A stretch of 46,165 nt of DNA from Ignavibacteriales bacterium (GCA_037441705.1 JBBIRR010000033.1:1-46165); one strand, 5' to 3'. Numbered from the stretch's first letter, positions 27,582 through 38,092 are shown. The notes: a model not told the origin generated them from the sequence alone. A program made the numbers and translations.

Positions 27582-30500
27582 GCGTCCTCCAGACCCTTCA
27601 TCTTCCGTTCAGCCTCGCGGCCAAACTCGTCCCGCCGATGAAGTCTGATTACCGATTGATACGCTTGCCGGGCCTTCACTTTGTTGGACAGACGTTCATA
27701 GCACTCGCCGATCTTGAGATACGCTCGGGCAATTGCTTCTCGCGCGGCCGGGAAGGCGGACTTCACGCGCTGCAGCGCGGCGAGTGCTTCACCATATCGT
27801 TGTTGGAGGAACAGCGTTTCGCCAACCCGAAACTGCGCCTCGGCTGCGATGTCGCCTTTCCCCCGAGCGACGATCGCAGTGAACAGGCTTTCGGCTTCGC
27901 TGTACGCCTGCTGCTGTTGCTTCGCTCTGCCCAATCCCATCATTGCCCGTGCGGCCAGTGAAGCCTCCGGATTCTGTGCGAGCACCCTGCGGAACTGCTC
28001 CTCGGCGAGTTCTGCACCATTTGTTTCAAGATAGACGATGCCCTTCTCGTAGGCGGCTTCCAGCGCTGAGACTGTACCGGGATAGGATGTCTGCACGCGC
28101 TCGAGCGTGGTCAAGGCTTCGGAATACTGCGCCTGGTCGGCGTGAATTCTACCCAATTCAAGCAATGCGTCGGCTGCAAGCGGCGTGTTCGGGAAACGCT
28201 CGGCGAGAAGCTGAAACGCCGCGCTCGCTTCGTCGAGACGGTTCAGGAACCGATAGCTCCAGCCTAATCCGTTGAGTGCATCCGGCACAAAGTGGCTGCT
28301 CGGATACCGCTCCATGAACGCCCTGTATTCGACCGCCGCCCGTTCAAATTCTTTTCTCTCGAAAAAGAACTCCGCCTTGCCCAACATCAACCGATCCGCC
28401 AGGGGATGGTCAGGATGATGTGAGAGAAATTCTTCTACCGTGCGGGACGCTTCTTCGATTCTTCCGGATTGCGCACGTGCATGCTGCAAACCGTTCATGG
28501 CATCCACGACGGCCGGAGCGGTTGCGTATTTTTCCAACACCGCTGCGTACGATTGTTCTGCGCGCTTGTAGTTTTTCAAGAATCGCCATGCGTCGCCGAT
28601 GCGAGTGTACGTCATCGGGACGAATTCGCTTTGCGGGAAATGGGTCAGCAGCGATTGGAATTGGCGGATCGCGCTGCGATAGTCTTTCTCTCGGAACAGA
28701 ATCATCCCGATATCGAACATTGCATCGTCGGCAAAGGATGAGTATGGAAACGCCGAGAGATAGTCGAGGTATTGAGCGAGGGCTTCGGCAGGCGTCTCGA
28801 TGTGGGTGCCGCATTGGGCAAGGCGGTACTGGGCGTACTCTAACACCGTCGCATCGTCGGACTGACGGATGACAGCGCGGTAGGCACGCGCGGCCGCCGG
28901 AAAGTCGCCCAGCGCACCGTAACACTCACCGAGCTGGATGTTCACATCCTGTATGATCGCCGGGTCTTGCTCTTTGAGCTGCACGACTTTTTCCAACGCC
29001 GCTGCCGCGGCTGCATACTCTTGGGCCTTCAGCAGAGACCATCCGAGGCCGTAGTACGCCTGCCGAGCTCGCTTGCCTGTCGGATACACCTCCAGAAAAG
29101 CGCCGTATGCCTCGGCGGCTTGTTGATATTCCCCGGCCTGATAGTACGACTCCGCTTTCCAGAAGGACGCCTCTTCCACCCTTGGATCTTTGGGACGCTC
29201 GACCGCAAAGCGTCCGAAAGCCGCTGCCGCCTCCCGATGCCGGTTCAGTTTCATCAGGGTCCAGGCTTCTTGAAACTCAGCATCGGTCAGGACGTCAACA
29301 GGCGCGCCGGGAACCGAACGAGCGCTGCGGAACGACTCCAATGCTTCCGCGGGCAAGCCGAGCGCAAGATTCGTCTCGCCCATCATTCTGTACGCCGCTG
29401 CGCGAACATCGCTGGATGGATATTCCTCGACCACTTTCGTGAATGTTTCCTTCGCCTCGTCATAATCTCTCTCGCCGTACTGGAGCAGCCCGATTTCGTA
29501 GAGAGCGTTGTCGGCAAAGATGCCGTTCTGCTCGCTGCATTGCATGAACGTTGAGAGCGCGTCTCCCGGCTTGCCGCCCATTTTCTGAGCCACGCCTTTC
29601 TGATACAGCGCGCTGTGGGCTGTTTCATCCGTTCCGGCGGCCAATGCCGCGAACAGGTCGGCGGCTTTTTCATAATTACGTTCCTGAAAGAACGTCCAGG
29701 CAAGCGTGTAACGTGCTTCGCGCTCCAGGCGATGACCGCCGTGGCGCTGCAAGAACTCTTCGAGCGTCAGCACCGTTTGCAGATGGTCCTGGATGCGATA
29801 GTACGATTCGCCAAGAAGGTAGCTGCACTCCGCGCGATCTTCCTCTTCTGTAAGTGTGGAGCGATAGCGGGTAAGGTACGCGATCGCAGCGTTGTAGTCC
29901 TTCAACCGAAAAAGGCACTCGCCGATGCGGACGCGCGTGGATGCAAGAAGCGGACTGGAGGGAAATTCTTTTTCTAATCGCTGGAAGGCTTCGAGCGCTC
30001 GTTCCAGATCTCCCATGTCGCGCCGAATCCAGCCGGCCGAGTACATGGCGTAGGATGCATGGCGGTTGGCGGGATAGAACTGATAGCTCAGTTCGAAATA
30101 CTTGAGGGCCTCCGAGGGTTCGTTCAACTTGACGCGGGCCTCACCCAGCCAATACGCGGCTTCGCCGGCAAGCGGGCTGTCGCTGAAGCGATCTAACAAC
30201 TCTTTGAATGTCGCTGCGGCAGAGCCAAACTCGCCGCCGGCATAAGCAATCTCCCCCAAACGAAAAAGCGCTTGATCCAGAAGTGAACTCGTCGGAAACC
30301 GAGCGAGAAAGTCCCGATACCGTTGGCGTGCCGGCGGTGTTCGGCCGAGAATAAACTGACACTCGGCCGTAAGAAAGAACACTTCGGGTTGCTTCGGACT
30401 CTGTGGAAATTGGATGAGAAAGTTTTCGGATTCCTGGAGGGCGAGTTGAAACTGGCCGCCGTTCTTAAGGCGGATGATGTGTCCGTAAGCCTGCTCTTCA

Positions 30501-30598
30501 GAGGCAGGCAAGAAGGGCGTAGCATCGTTGCTCTGTTGAGCGACCGCAAAACCGACCGCCAAAGCCAGAGCAAATGTCACGTTGCTGATTTTCGTCAT
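27578..30598 (-). CDS. large periplasmic tetratricopeptide repeat protein (BamD/CpoB-like repeats)
   Basis: Signal peptide (AVA-Q); more than 20 TPR units with recurrent ..FPxS....A.Y..G. Confidence 0.9.
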   Translation of the reverse strand: MTKISNVTFALALAVGFAVAQQSNDATPFLPASEEQAYGHIIRLKNGGQFQLALQESENFLIQFPQSPKQPEVFFLTAECQFILGRTPPARQRYRDFLARFPTSSLLDQALFRLGEIAYAGGEFGSAAATFKELLDRFSDSPLAGEAAYWLGEARVKLNEPSEALKYFELSYQFYPANRHASYAMYSAGWIRRDMGDLERALEAFQRLEKEFPSSPLLASTRVRIGECLFRLKDYNAAIAYLTRYRSTLTEEEDRAECSYLLGESYYRIQDHLQTVLTLEEFLQRHGGHRLEREARYTLAWTFFQERNYEKAADLFAALAAGTDETAHSALYQKGVAQKMGGKPGDALSTFMQCSEQNGIFADNALYEIGLLQYGERDYDEAKETFTKVVEEYPSSDVRAAAYRMMGETNLALGLPAEALESFRSARSVPGAPVDVLTDAEFQEAWTLMKLNRHREAAAAFGRFAVERPKDPRVEEASFWKAESYYQAGEYQQAAEAYGAFLEVYPTGKRARQAYYGLGWSLLKAQEYAAAAAALEKVVQLKEQDPAIIQDVNIQLGECYGALGDFPAAARAYRAVIRQSDDATVLEYAQYRLAQCGTHIETPAEALAQYLDYLSAFPYSSFADDAMFDIGMILFREKDYRSAIRQFQSLLTHFPQSEFVPMTYTRIGDAWRFLKNYKRAEQSYAAVLEKYATAPAVVDAMNGLQHARAQSGRIEEASRTVEEFLSHHPDHPLADRLMLGKAEFFFERKEFERAAVEYRAFMERYPSSHFVPDALNGLGWSYRFLNRLDEASAAFQLLAERFPNTPLAADALLELGRIHADQAQYSEALTTLERVQTSYPGTVSALEAAYEKGIVYLETNGAELAEEQFRRVLAQNPEASLAARAMMGLGRAKQQQQAYSEAESLFTAIVARGKGDIAAEAQFRVGETLFLQQRYGEALAALQRVKSAFPAAREAIARAYLKIGECYERLSNKVKARQAYQSVIRLHRRDEFGREAERKMKGLEDA

Positions 30599-30658
30599 CT
30601 AATCAGCGGTGAAGCCCCTGGTTAAAGTAATCTATCAAATGCCTGCTGGACTTGCCTA

Positions 30659-30687
30659 AATTTACGTGAAGTGCTCTGGGAAGTCAA
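30659..30687 (-). promoter_or_regulatory. putative promoter of the TPR-barrel-HU-SPOR operon
   Basis: Minus strand TTGACT-N17-TAAATT; a second TGnTAGATT nearer the start. Confidence 0.55.
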
Positions 30688-30739
30688 GCCGTATTTTGGA
30701 ATCTTGATGGGGTTCGGGCATGGGGCGGCGGGCGCCTGA

Positions 30740-31528
30740 CTACGCCCAAAGCCAATAAGCTGCGCCTCCACCAAAAGCAGTGCAGATGAGGTTGACCTGG
30801 TCGTTTCGGATGAGATTGAATCCACCAACTTTCTCAGACTCATGCCCGCAATGAACGCGACGCTCGGTGATTTTCCGGCAGACGGCACACCGGTATCGTG
30901 CCTGAAGAAGCGCCCCCGCGATCGCGTCGGCGAAAGAACCCACAAGGCCGCTTGCCGTCAGGACAAAAACGGAGGAGAGCCTGTCGGAGATTTCGATCCA
31001 GGGCAGAGAGGTGAGTGAGATGAAAAAGGCTCCAGCTACGCCGGCAATCGTCCCAAGAAGCGAAACCGCACCTGACGTTCCTCGCTCGGTGCGCTGAAGA
31101 GTTGTAATGAGGATGGGTCGGGATGGTGAGAGCGTGCCGATTTCCGTCGCCCACGTGTCGGCAGTAGCAGCCGCTATGGCGCCGAGCGAGAGATGATAAA
31201 GTGACTCGTCGTGCGTGAAAAACCACGCCAGGGTTGCGAGTCCCGCCGCGCCGCCGTTGGCAATCACCTGCCCGGCATCGCGACAGGAGGATTTTTCGAA
31301 ATAGACTTCGGCATCTGCACGACGTCGCTTCCAGAATCGAGAAAGAATGCTTGAGGTTGCAAAGAAGGCCACCATCGGCACTGTCCAGCCCCAGCCACCG
31401 AGACCGAGAAGAATCGTGCCGAGGACGAACTGAGCAAGCGCACCGTCAACCGTCAAGAACTTTGCGCGGTAGGAGATGAGCGAGATTCCCGCCGAAAGAA
31501 TGATTGCGAGGACGAGGTGTTCCGTCAT
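30740..31528 (-). CDS. DUF92 (TMEM19-like) membrane protein
   Basis: RDAGQVIANG, ATADTWATEIG, GTSGAVSLLG, C-terminal CxxC...HC, NDQVNL. Confidence 0.88.
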   Translation of the reverse strand: MTEHLVLAIILSAGISLISYRAKFLTVDGALAQFVLGTILLGLGGWGWTVPMVAFFATSSILSRFWKRRRADAEVYFEKSSCRDAGQVIANGGAAGLATLAWFFTHDESLYHLSLGAIAAATADTWATEIGTLSPSRPILITTLQRTERGTSGAVSLLGTIAGVAGAFFISLTSLPWIEISDRLSSVFVLTASGLVGSFADAIAGALLQARYRCAVCRKITERRVHCGHESEKVGGFNLIRNDQVNLICTAFGGGAAYWLWA

Positions 31529-31537
31529 GCAGGCGGC

Positions 31538-32578
31538 TCACACGAGGGCGGGGGAAGCGGTAACCTTCACGACAAAGGTCTGCATCAACATATGCGGGTC
31601 GCCTCCCGAGCTTTTGAGCTTCTCATCAACGTCGGCAAGAGCAATGAACGCGTCTTCGATTTCCTGCATCGTGTAGTGGTTTGCCGCCTGGGCGTACTTC
31701 TCCGCAAAGCTGCCGAAGATGCCCGCCTGCACAAATTGTTGTGTGCCCTGCACACCTCGCCGGCGCACATCGTGAAGTTTCCACAACGTCTGGAAGAATT
31801 TCGTCAACACCGCAACGATGAGGACGGGATGCGGTTCGCCCTGCTCCATGATGTGATCGAGAATCTCTGCGGCTCTCGCAGTCTCCTTCATGCCGATGGC
31901 CCACTGCAGCTCAAACACACTGTACTCGCGCGAGACGCCGACCACCGACGTGATGTCGTCGGAGGTGATGAGCCTCTTGTCTCCGACAAACAAGAAAACC
32001 TTTTCAAGCTCGTTGACAATCTCGCGGAGTGAAGGCCCGACGTAGGCAAGCAGCATCGAGGCGGCGTCGAGTTCGATCTCACGACCGGCGTTCTTCACCC
32101 GTTTCACGATCCATGAGGGGATCTGGTTCTCCCACAGCGGTTTACACTCCAGCACGAACCCGTGCTTTTTTGCCGTCACAAACGGCTTCCGCCGAAAGTC
32201 GGGTTTCGATGTCGTGAGCACAAGGCAGGTGGAGGGAGAGGGATTCTCGATGTAGTTCGATAAAACTTCGGGCTGGCCCAGCTTTTCTACTTCGCGTACG
32301 ACGACGACGCGCCGTTCGGCCATCATCGGGAAGGAAGAGGCATGCGAGACGACATCCCGCGTGTCCGCTTCGCTGCCGTACATCTTGTCGAGATTGAAGC
32401 CGCGCTCCTCCTGCGAAAGCGCGGCATTAATCACGGCATCGGTCGCCTCTTCGATCAGAAAATCTTCTTCTCCGTGAAACAGATAGACGGGGGCAAATTG
32501 CTTGCGTGCCAGCGCAGCCGTCAGATCGTCGAAGGTGTACCCTTCCTTTGCCACCGCGCTACTTCGTCGGGGAGGCAT
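31538..32578 (-). CDS. holA: DNA polymerase III subunit delta
   Basis: PVYLFHGEEDFL, FPMMAERRVVVV, NELEK, D..LKS. Confidence 0.93.
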   Translation of the reverse strand: MPPRRSSAVAKEGYTFDDLTAALARKQFAPVYLFHGEEDFLIEEATDAVINAALSQEERGFNLDKMYGSEADTRDVVSHASSFPMMAERRVVVVREVEKLGQPEVLSNYIENPSPSTCLVLTTSKPDFRRKPFVTAKKHGFVLECKPLWENQIPSWIVKRVKNAGREIELDAASMLLAYVGPSLREIVNELEKVFLFVGDKRLITSDDITSVVGVSREYSVFELQWAIGMKETARAAEILDHIMEQGEPHPVLIVAVLTKFFQTLWKLHDVRRRGVQGTQQFVQAGIFGSFAEKYAQAANHYTMQEIEDAFIALADVDEKLKSSGGDPHMLMQTFVVKVTASPALV

Positions 32579-33185
32579 GAATGCGGATTCTTTTGATCAC
32601 CACATCCACCTTCGGGCGACCGTCGGTGGGTCCCATCATCGGCTCGATCTCGACCTGACCTATCTTTTCGACAACATCCATCCCTTTGATGACTTTGCCG
32701 AAGATGGTGTAGTTCTTCGGCAGGGAGGTGTTATCGCGCAGCATGATGAAAAACTGGCTCGTGTTGGTATTCGGGCCGCGGTTGGCCATCGCCACCACGC
32801 CCCGCAGGTAGCCTGCCTGATAGGACGCCGTGTTGGGATTCAGTTCGTCTTCGAATTCCCGGCCCCAGATACTCCGACCGCCCGTCCCCCATTCATGTTT
32901 CTTCTTCACATCTTTGGACTTCTCATCGCCCGCCTGGATGACGAAGTTCTTGGCCACGCGGTGAAATCGTTGGCCGTCAAAATACTTTTGCTCGGCAAGC
33001 TTCACGAAGTTTTCGACGGTTTTCGGTGCGTCGGAGGGATACAACTCGATCTCGAATGATCCCAGCGACGTCTCGACCAGGGCGATATTGCCTGGTGCCT
33101 TCGTCGCTTTCTGGCCGAGCACCGACGTGCTACTCACAATGAAGATAGCGCCAAGGGTGAGAGCTGCACACAGCACGTGTTTCAT
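32559..33185 (-). CDS. exported cyclophilin-type peptidyl-prolyl isomerase
   Basis: APKTVENF, FHRVAKNFVIQAGD, AMANRGPNTNTSQFFI; signal peptide from ATG 33185. Confidence 0.92.
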   Translation of the reverse strand: MKHVLCAALTLGAIFIVSSTSVLGQKATKAPGNIALVETSLGSFEIELYPSDAPKTVENFVKLAEQKYFDGQRFHRVAKNFVIQAGDEKSKDVKKKHEWGTGGRSIWGREFEDELNPNTASYQAGYLRGVVAMANRGPNTNTSQFFIMLRDNTSLPKNYTIFGKVIKGMDVVEKIGQVEIEPMMGPTDGRPKVDVVIKRIRIHASPTK

Positions 33186-33260
33186 TCGTTTTCTCCTTGA
33201 TGAAGTGAAAGAGTGACGGTACAAGACGCTGTTAGAAAAAGACTCCTCACGGTGTCTCTT

Positions 33261-33929
33261 CTACAAATACACCGTTACGCCCAGACGAGCGCCCACACTG
33301 AAAAAGTGGAGCGACGTTGCAAACGTTCCGCCGGGAGACTCTCCGGCAGCGTTCTTCAGATCGCCCACAAAATCCCACCGAATCTGCGTGCCGAGATGGG
33401 CGAACACGTCTTCTCCGAGTGCCGTATTCCCCTCCAGCTCGATCAACGCGCCCACGCCGCTGCCCTTGTACGTCCCATCCACCAGAGAATACTTCTGCGT
33501 GTACGACCCGAAATGATAGCCGAATCCGACACCTGCTTTGAAGTTGTACGTCTGCTCCGTGTGCAGGACGTATTGTCCGATCAATGTCGGCATGTGGAGC
33601 GAGTAGCTGAACTCGGCGTTGCCGAAGGGAGTGCCTTCCGAGTACGAAGCGATCAGATAGACGTACTCGACTTTCACTTCCCAATCCGGCGAGAGAGGCA
33701 CGCCCACCGTCCCGAAGAATTCGACGCCCGATTGGAAATCATCCACGCGTCGAGTGATGAGCGAGTTGCTGTTGATCAGATTGACGATGTCCTGGGCATT
33801 GTGGAAATTTGCTCCCATGCCCGCGCTGATGCTGATGCGATGACGAACTTCAGGATCCGTCTGCGCAAGAGACCCGGCGGCCGGGATCAACACGGCCAGA
33901 GCCACAAGAGATAAACGTAAGCCTTTCAT
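33261..33929 (-). CDS. small outer-membrane beta-barrel protein
   Basis: True start ATG 33929 (MKGLRLSLV..., ATGA overlap); signal peptide; beta strands ending GARLGVTVYL. Confidence 0.75.
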   Translation of the reverse strand: MKGLRLSLVALAVLIPAAGSLAQTDPEVRHRISISAGMGANFHNAQDIVNLINSNSLITRRVDDFQSGVEFFGTVGVPLSPDWEVKVEYVYLIASYSEGTPFGNAEFSYSLHMPTLIGQYVLHTEQTYNFKAGVGFGYHFGSYTQKYSLVDGTYKGSGVGALIELEGNTALGEDVFAHLGTQIRWDFVGDLKNAAGESPGGTFATSLHFFSVGARLGVTVYL

Positions 33930-34933
33930 CGTGCCTGCTCCGTTGGTGCGGCAACCGCCTCCGAGACCTTGATGTGATCTCTCAGAAAGAAATACCCGCC
34001 GATAATCATAATGCCGAGGTACCCGAAGCCGTGCGTGACGGTCGCGTAGCTCAGGGCGATGGTATCGGGCACGCCGAAGAGCTTGCTCAGACTCTGGGAC
34101 GCGAACATGTGGTAGGAGCCTGTTCCGCCGGGTGTGGGGATGGCGACGCCGATGCTGGAGATGGCCTGCACAACGATTGCCGCGCTGAAATCCAAGTTGA
34201 GATCGAAGGCAAAGAATGCGACGTAGATCATGCAAATGTACAGATACCAGATGGCAACGCTCTGCACGAAGATCAACCCGAAGTGCTTCGGCCGCTTCAG
34301 AAAGAGAAAGCCATCCAGAAACTGATGCGTCAGCCGCTCGACGAGCAGCGCAAGCCGCTTCGGGAGTATTTTTGTGACGACCGAAATCACCCTGTTCGTC
34401 CAATCTCTCCTGAACATCATGACCACCAACACCACGATGAACGCCGTAGTTGCCACCGAACCGATGAGCCGCGCATCGTCGAGCCAGGGGAACGTTTCGC
34501 GCAGCGGACCGTTATACACCAGCGGCACAAGGGCCACCAGCGCGAGAAAGGCAATCGTATCGATAATCCGCTCGACGATGATCGTCCCGAAGGCCGCGCT
34601 CTTCGACACGCCTTCCAACTTGCCGATGGTGTACGGACGCACAAGCTCACCCGCACGCGGCAGCACATTGTTCACCATGTATCCCACCATCACGCCCGAG
34701 ACCAGACTGCGCATGCCGATGGCCGGCTTGATCGGCTCCAGAAGGTATCGCCATCGCCACGCGCGCACAACGTGGCTGGCAACCAGCAGCGCAAACATCA
34801 CCAGAATCCACCAGTAGTCTGCCCGCTGCAAGGAATCGAGAAAGGCCGGAACGTTCGTCCCGCGGAACGCGATGTAGAGAAAGGCGAACGTGAGCACCGC
34901 GCTGAGGATGTAACGCAGGGTCTGCTTGTTCAT
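33926..34933 (-). CDS. lysylphosphatidylglycerol synthase TM domain / flippase-like (UPF0104) protein
   Basis: RAWRWRYLL, GYMVNNVLPRAGELVR, VERIID, IPTPGGTGSYH. Confidence 0.88.
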   Translation of the reverse strand: MNKQTLRYILSAVLTFAFLYIAFRGTNVPAFLDSLQRADYWWILVMFALLVASHVVRAWRWRYLLEPIKPAIGMRSLVSGVMVGYMVNNVLPRAGELVRPYTIGKLEGVSKSAAFGTIIVERIIDTIAFLALVALVPLVYNGPLRETFPWLDDARLIGSVATTAFIVVLVVMMFRRDWTNRVISVVTKILPKRLALLVERLTHQFLDGFLFLKRPKHFGLIFVQSVAIWYLYICMIYVAFFAFDLNLDFSAAIVVQAISSIGVAIPTPGGTGSYHMFASQSLSKLFGVPDTIALSYATVTHGFGYLGIMIIGGYFFLRDHIKVSEAVAAPTEQAR

Positions 34934-34972
34934 CGCACACGCACGGAACGAACACAGCTTGGCCGGCACACC

Positions 34973-35605
34973 TTAGCGCAAGTCAACGGCCTCCACTCCA
35001 TCGGGGATCTGGTAGGTAAACCGCGAGTCCGGAATGCCGATGTTCACTTTGATGTCGCTTACCGTGTAAATCGTTTGGTTGCCCCCAATGTCCGTCAGGT
35101 CCACCTTCTTGATCAACCACGTTGCTTCGTCAACCCACAGCCTCATCATGCGGATGCTGGCGTTATCATCTTTCGGCACGAGCTTCAACACGCGCGTCTG
35201 CACCGACCCTACTTTTTCCGTCCCGGCGAGCGATGCATAGTAGTCCTGCGGCGCGGCGGCAAGAACTTTCTCGGGCGTGACAACGTTCGGATCAATTTTG
35301 AAGTTGTCGATCAACACCTGCTTTTGCGCGGGGCTATAGGACCAGACCGTCGCGCCGTCGGTCACGACGATGCGGTCGGGGAACTCAACACGGTATTTGT
35401 TCTTCTTTTTGATGAAGAGCGTACCGCTGATGCGCTGCTCTAACTTCGACACCTCGTATGTTGTATGCTGCGTGAACTTCACCTCGGCGTCGTTGATCGC
35501 ATCGTAGCGCTTCTTGACTCTCTCCAGCACCTCCTGAGCGCTCTCCGCCCTTGCTCCGGCGCCCGCCATCGTCAGCACGAGGGCGATACAGACTGCACGA
35601 ATCAT
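34973..35605 (-). CDS. lolA: outer-membrane lipoprotein carrier protein LolA
   Basis: Signal peptide; FTQ, GTLFIKKKNKYR, VTDGATVWSYSP..KQV, FTYQIPDG; directly downstream of ftsK. Confidence 0.88.
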   Translation of the reverse strand: MIRAVCIALVLTMAGAGARAESAQEVLERVKKRYDAINDAEVKFTQHTTYEVSKLEQRISGTLFIKKKNKYRVEFPDRIVVTDGATVWSYSPAQKQVLIDNFKIDPNVVTPEKVLAAAPQDYYASLAGTEKVGSVQTRVLKLVPKDDNASIRMMRLWVDEATWLIKKVDLTDIGGNQTIYTVSDIKVNIGIPDSRFTYQIPDGVEAVDLR

Positions 35606-35632
35606 TCCTTGCCTCCAGCCATAAGCTTTCCG

Positions 35633-38092
35633 TCAGAGATATGCTTCCAGATCTGCTTCGGATTCGACGAGAACTTCCCGCGCCTTGCTGCCGTCGAACG
35701 GCCCGACGATGCCCGCCGCCTCCAGTTCATCCACGAGCCGCGCAGCACGCGAGTACCCGACCTTCAGCCGCCGCTGCAGCAGCGAGACCGAACCTTGCTG
35801 GTGACGAACGATGATGCGTGCCGCCTCTTCAAACAACTCGTCGCGCTGTCCTTCGCCCGCGCCTTCCGCGCCCTTTTTCTTTTCCATCATTGACGGCAGA
35901 TAGTACGGCGTGCTGTATCCCTGCTGTTTCGCAATGTGGTTCACGACGGCCTCGACCTCGTCGCTGGAGATGAACGCATTCTGCAGACGAATCGGCTTCG
36001 GGCTTGTTCCGGGCAGGTACAGCATGTCGCCGTTCCCCAGCAACTGTTCGGCGCCGTTCATGTCGAGAATCGTACGCGAGTCCGTCTTCGATGCAACCTG
36101 GTACGCGATGCGTGCGGGGAAATTCGCTTTGATCACGCCGGTAATCACATCAACCGACGGGCGCTGCGTGGCCACAATCAGATGGATGCCGACGGCGCGA
36201 GCGAGCTGCGCCAGCCGCGCAATCGGTTCCTCCACTTCACGCGCTGCTGTGATCATCAAATCGGCCAACTCGTCGATGACGACAATCAGATACGGCATGA
36301 GCCGGTGGGTGACGGTTTCGGTATTCTTCAATCGCCCGGCTTTGAACTTGTCATTGTAGTCCGCGATGTTCCGCACACCGGCTGCGGCCAGCCTGTCGTA
36401 GCGCTTCTCCATTTCGTACTCAACGCCCTTCAGCACCAGCACCGCATTTTTCGGGTTGGTGATGATCTCCTCGTTTGTATCGGGAGAGATGGCAAGAAAG
36501 TGATGCTTCAGCTTTGCGTACTGCGTCAGTTCGATCTTCTTGGGATCGAAAATCACCAGCTTCAATTCCGACGGATGCATGCGGAAGAGAAGACTGGCAA
36601 GAATGGTGTTGATGCCGACACTCTTGCCCGAACCTGTCGAACCTGCGATCAGCAGATGCGGCATCTTGGCAAGGTCGTCGGTGAACACTTCGCCCGCGAT
36701 CGTCTTGCCCATCGCCAGGGGCAGCCGCGCGTTCGTGTCACGGAACTTCGTCGAGTTGATAACGCTGCGGATACTGACCAACGAGGGATGGTGATTGGGG
36801 ATTTCCACGCCGACGGCCGATTTGCCGGGAATGGGAGCCATGATGCGGATGCCTTTTGCGGCAAGCTTCAACGCAATGTCGTTCTCCAGACTGACAATGC
36901 GGCTGATCTTGACCCCGCTGGCAGGCACCAACTCGTACAGCGTTACGACCGGACCCGGCGTTACGGAAATATTCTCGAGTTGGACGTCGAACTGTGCGAG
37001 GGTTTCGCGCAGCAGGTCGGCATTGGCGCGCAGTTCCTCATCGTCAACCTCCTCGGCGCCCGAGCGGGGCGCGTCCAGCAGCTCGACAGAGGGAAACACG
37101 TAGTCGATTTCCTCCGGCACGTTCGCCTCCACCCGACGCTCGTCGAAGTTCACTTCCTCTTCGGGTGTTTTCTTCTCGATCTCCAGCGGCACGTCATCTC
37201 TCACTCCGCGGCCGTCCGCTGAGCGCTCGTGCTCCGCTTCAAACGTTTCCTCAGTCGCATCGTTTTCATCCGCGCCTGCAACGGTAGCCGGTTCTTCAAC
37301 AGGCGGCTTTGCAATGCGGATGGGAGCCTGCTGCGGTTGCTCATCGTCTTCTTCGACGCGCTCCACCTGAGCAGGCCGCGCCAGACGCCGTGCTTCGACG
37401 CGCTCCTTCCATCGCTGCCGGAGATCCCTGAGCCGATCGCGCGTACGCGACACGAGGTGGGTGATGCGCTCGGCCAGTGCGTGCAAATCAGCGTTTGTTG
37501 CCAGCACCGTCGTCATCACAAGGCCCATCACCAGAAGAATGGAACCGCCTGTCTTACCGAGAAGCTGCGCGAGAATCAGCGAAAGAAAATCGCCGACGAC
37601 GCCGCTCCATTCCATTCCCATCCAATCTCCGTGGGAAAGGAGCCGGAGCATGCCGAACGAAGTGGAAAACAACAGCGCATACACCAGCGTGTAATTGGTG
37701 ATGACAAAGACGCGGCGAAGCGCCTTGCGGCGGAAGATCGTCCAGCCGTAGAGCATCATCAGCAGCGGCAGACACAGGACGCTGTAGCCCACCGTCGCTT
37801 TGATGAGAAACTCGGACATCATCGAACCGACGAGGCCGAGGAGGTTGTGGGCCGTATCGGCTTTTGCGCGAACGAGCGGATCGCCCGTAAAGACTTTGAC
37901 CAAGTCGGTGATGTGCAGGTCGGCGTTCGCCTCATCGGCTGGGTCGTAGGAGATGAGCGCCAGGAACAGCAAGAGGGCCATCGTCATCAGGAGAATGGCA
38001 GCGATGGAGGTCTTGCGCGTCGTGGACTTCGGGGCCTTGCCGGCGGCGCGCGCCTTGTTCAGCTCATTTTGCACGCGAAGTTGTTGTGCCAT
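35633..38092 (-). CDS. ftsK: DNA translocase FtsK
   Basis: N-terminal 4 TM segments, HLLIAGSTGSGKS, IDELADLM, ATQRPS, gamma domain SLLQRRLKVGYSRAAR. Confidence 0.98.
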   Translation of the reverse strand: MAQQLRVQNELNKARAAGKAPKSTTRKTSIAAILLMTMALLLFLALISYDPADEANADLHITDLVKVFTGDPLVRAKADTAHNLLGLVGSMMSEFLIKATVGYSVLCLPLLMMLYGWTIFRRKALRRVFVITNYTLVYALLFSTSFGMLRLLSHGDWMGMEWSGVVGDFLSLILAQLLGKTGGSILLVMGLVMTTVLATNADLHALAERITHLVSRTRDRLRDLRQRWKERVEARRLARPAQVERVEEDDEQPQQAPIRIAKPPVEEPATVAGADENDATEETFEAEHERSADGRGVRDDVPLEIEKKTPEEEVNFDERRVEANVPEEIDYVFPSVELLDAPRSGAEEVDDEELRANADLLRETLAQFDVQLENISVTPGPVVTLYELVPASGVKISRIVSLENDIALKLAAKGIRIMAPIPGKSAVGVEIPNHHPSLVSIRSVINSTKFRDTNARLPLAMGKTIAGEVFTDDLAKMPHLLIAGSTGSGKSVGINTILASLLFRMHPSELKLVIFDPKKIELTQYAKLKHHFLAISPDTNEEIITNPKNAVLVLKGVEYEMEKRYDRLAAAGVRNIADYNDKFKAGRLKNTETVTHRLMPYLIVVIDELADLMITAAREVEEPIARLAQLARAVGIHLIVATQRPSVDVITGVIKANFPARIAYQVASKTDSRTILDMNGAEQLLGNGDMLYLPGTSPKPIRLQNAFISSDEVEAVVNHIAKQQGYSTPYYLPSMMEKKKGAEGAGEGQRDELFEEAARIIVRHQQGSVSLLQRRLKVGYSRAARLVDELEAAGIVGPFDGSKAREVLVESEADLEAYL

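Noticed and set aside
27578-30598. DNA-level repeat array or CRISPR in the TPR gene
   Set aside because: The repetition is only at the degenerate protein level; there are no identical direct repeats with spacers
33930-34403. N-terminal 158 aa of the 380-aa ORF in the track
   Set aside because: It overlaps the flippase-like gene out of frame; the real start is ATG 33929, followed by a signal peptide
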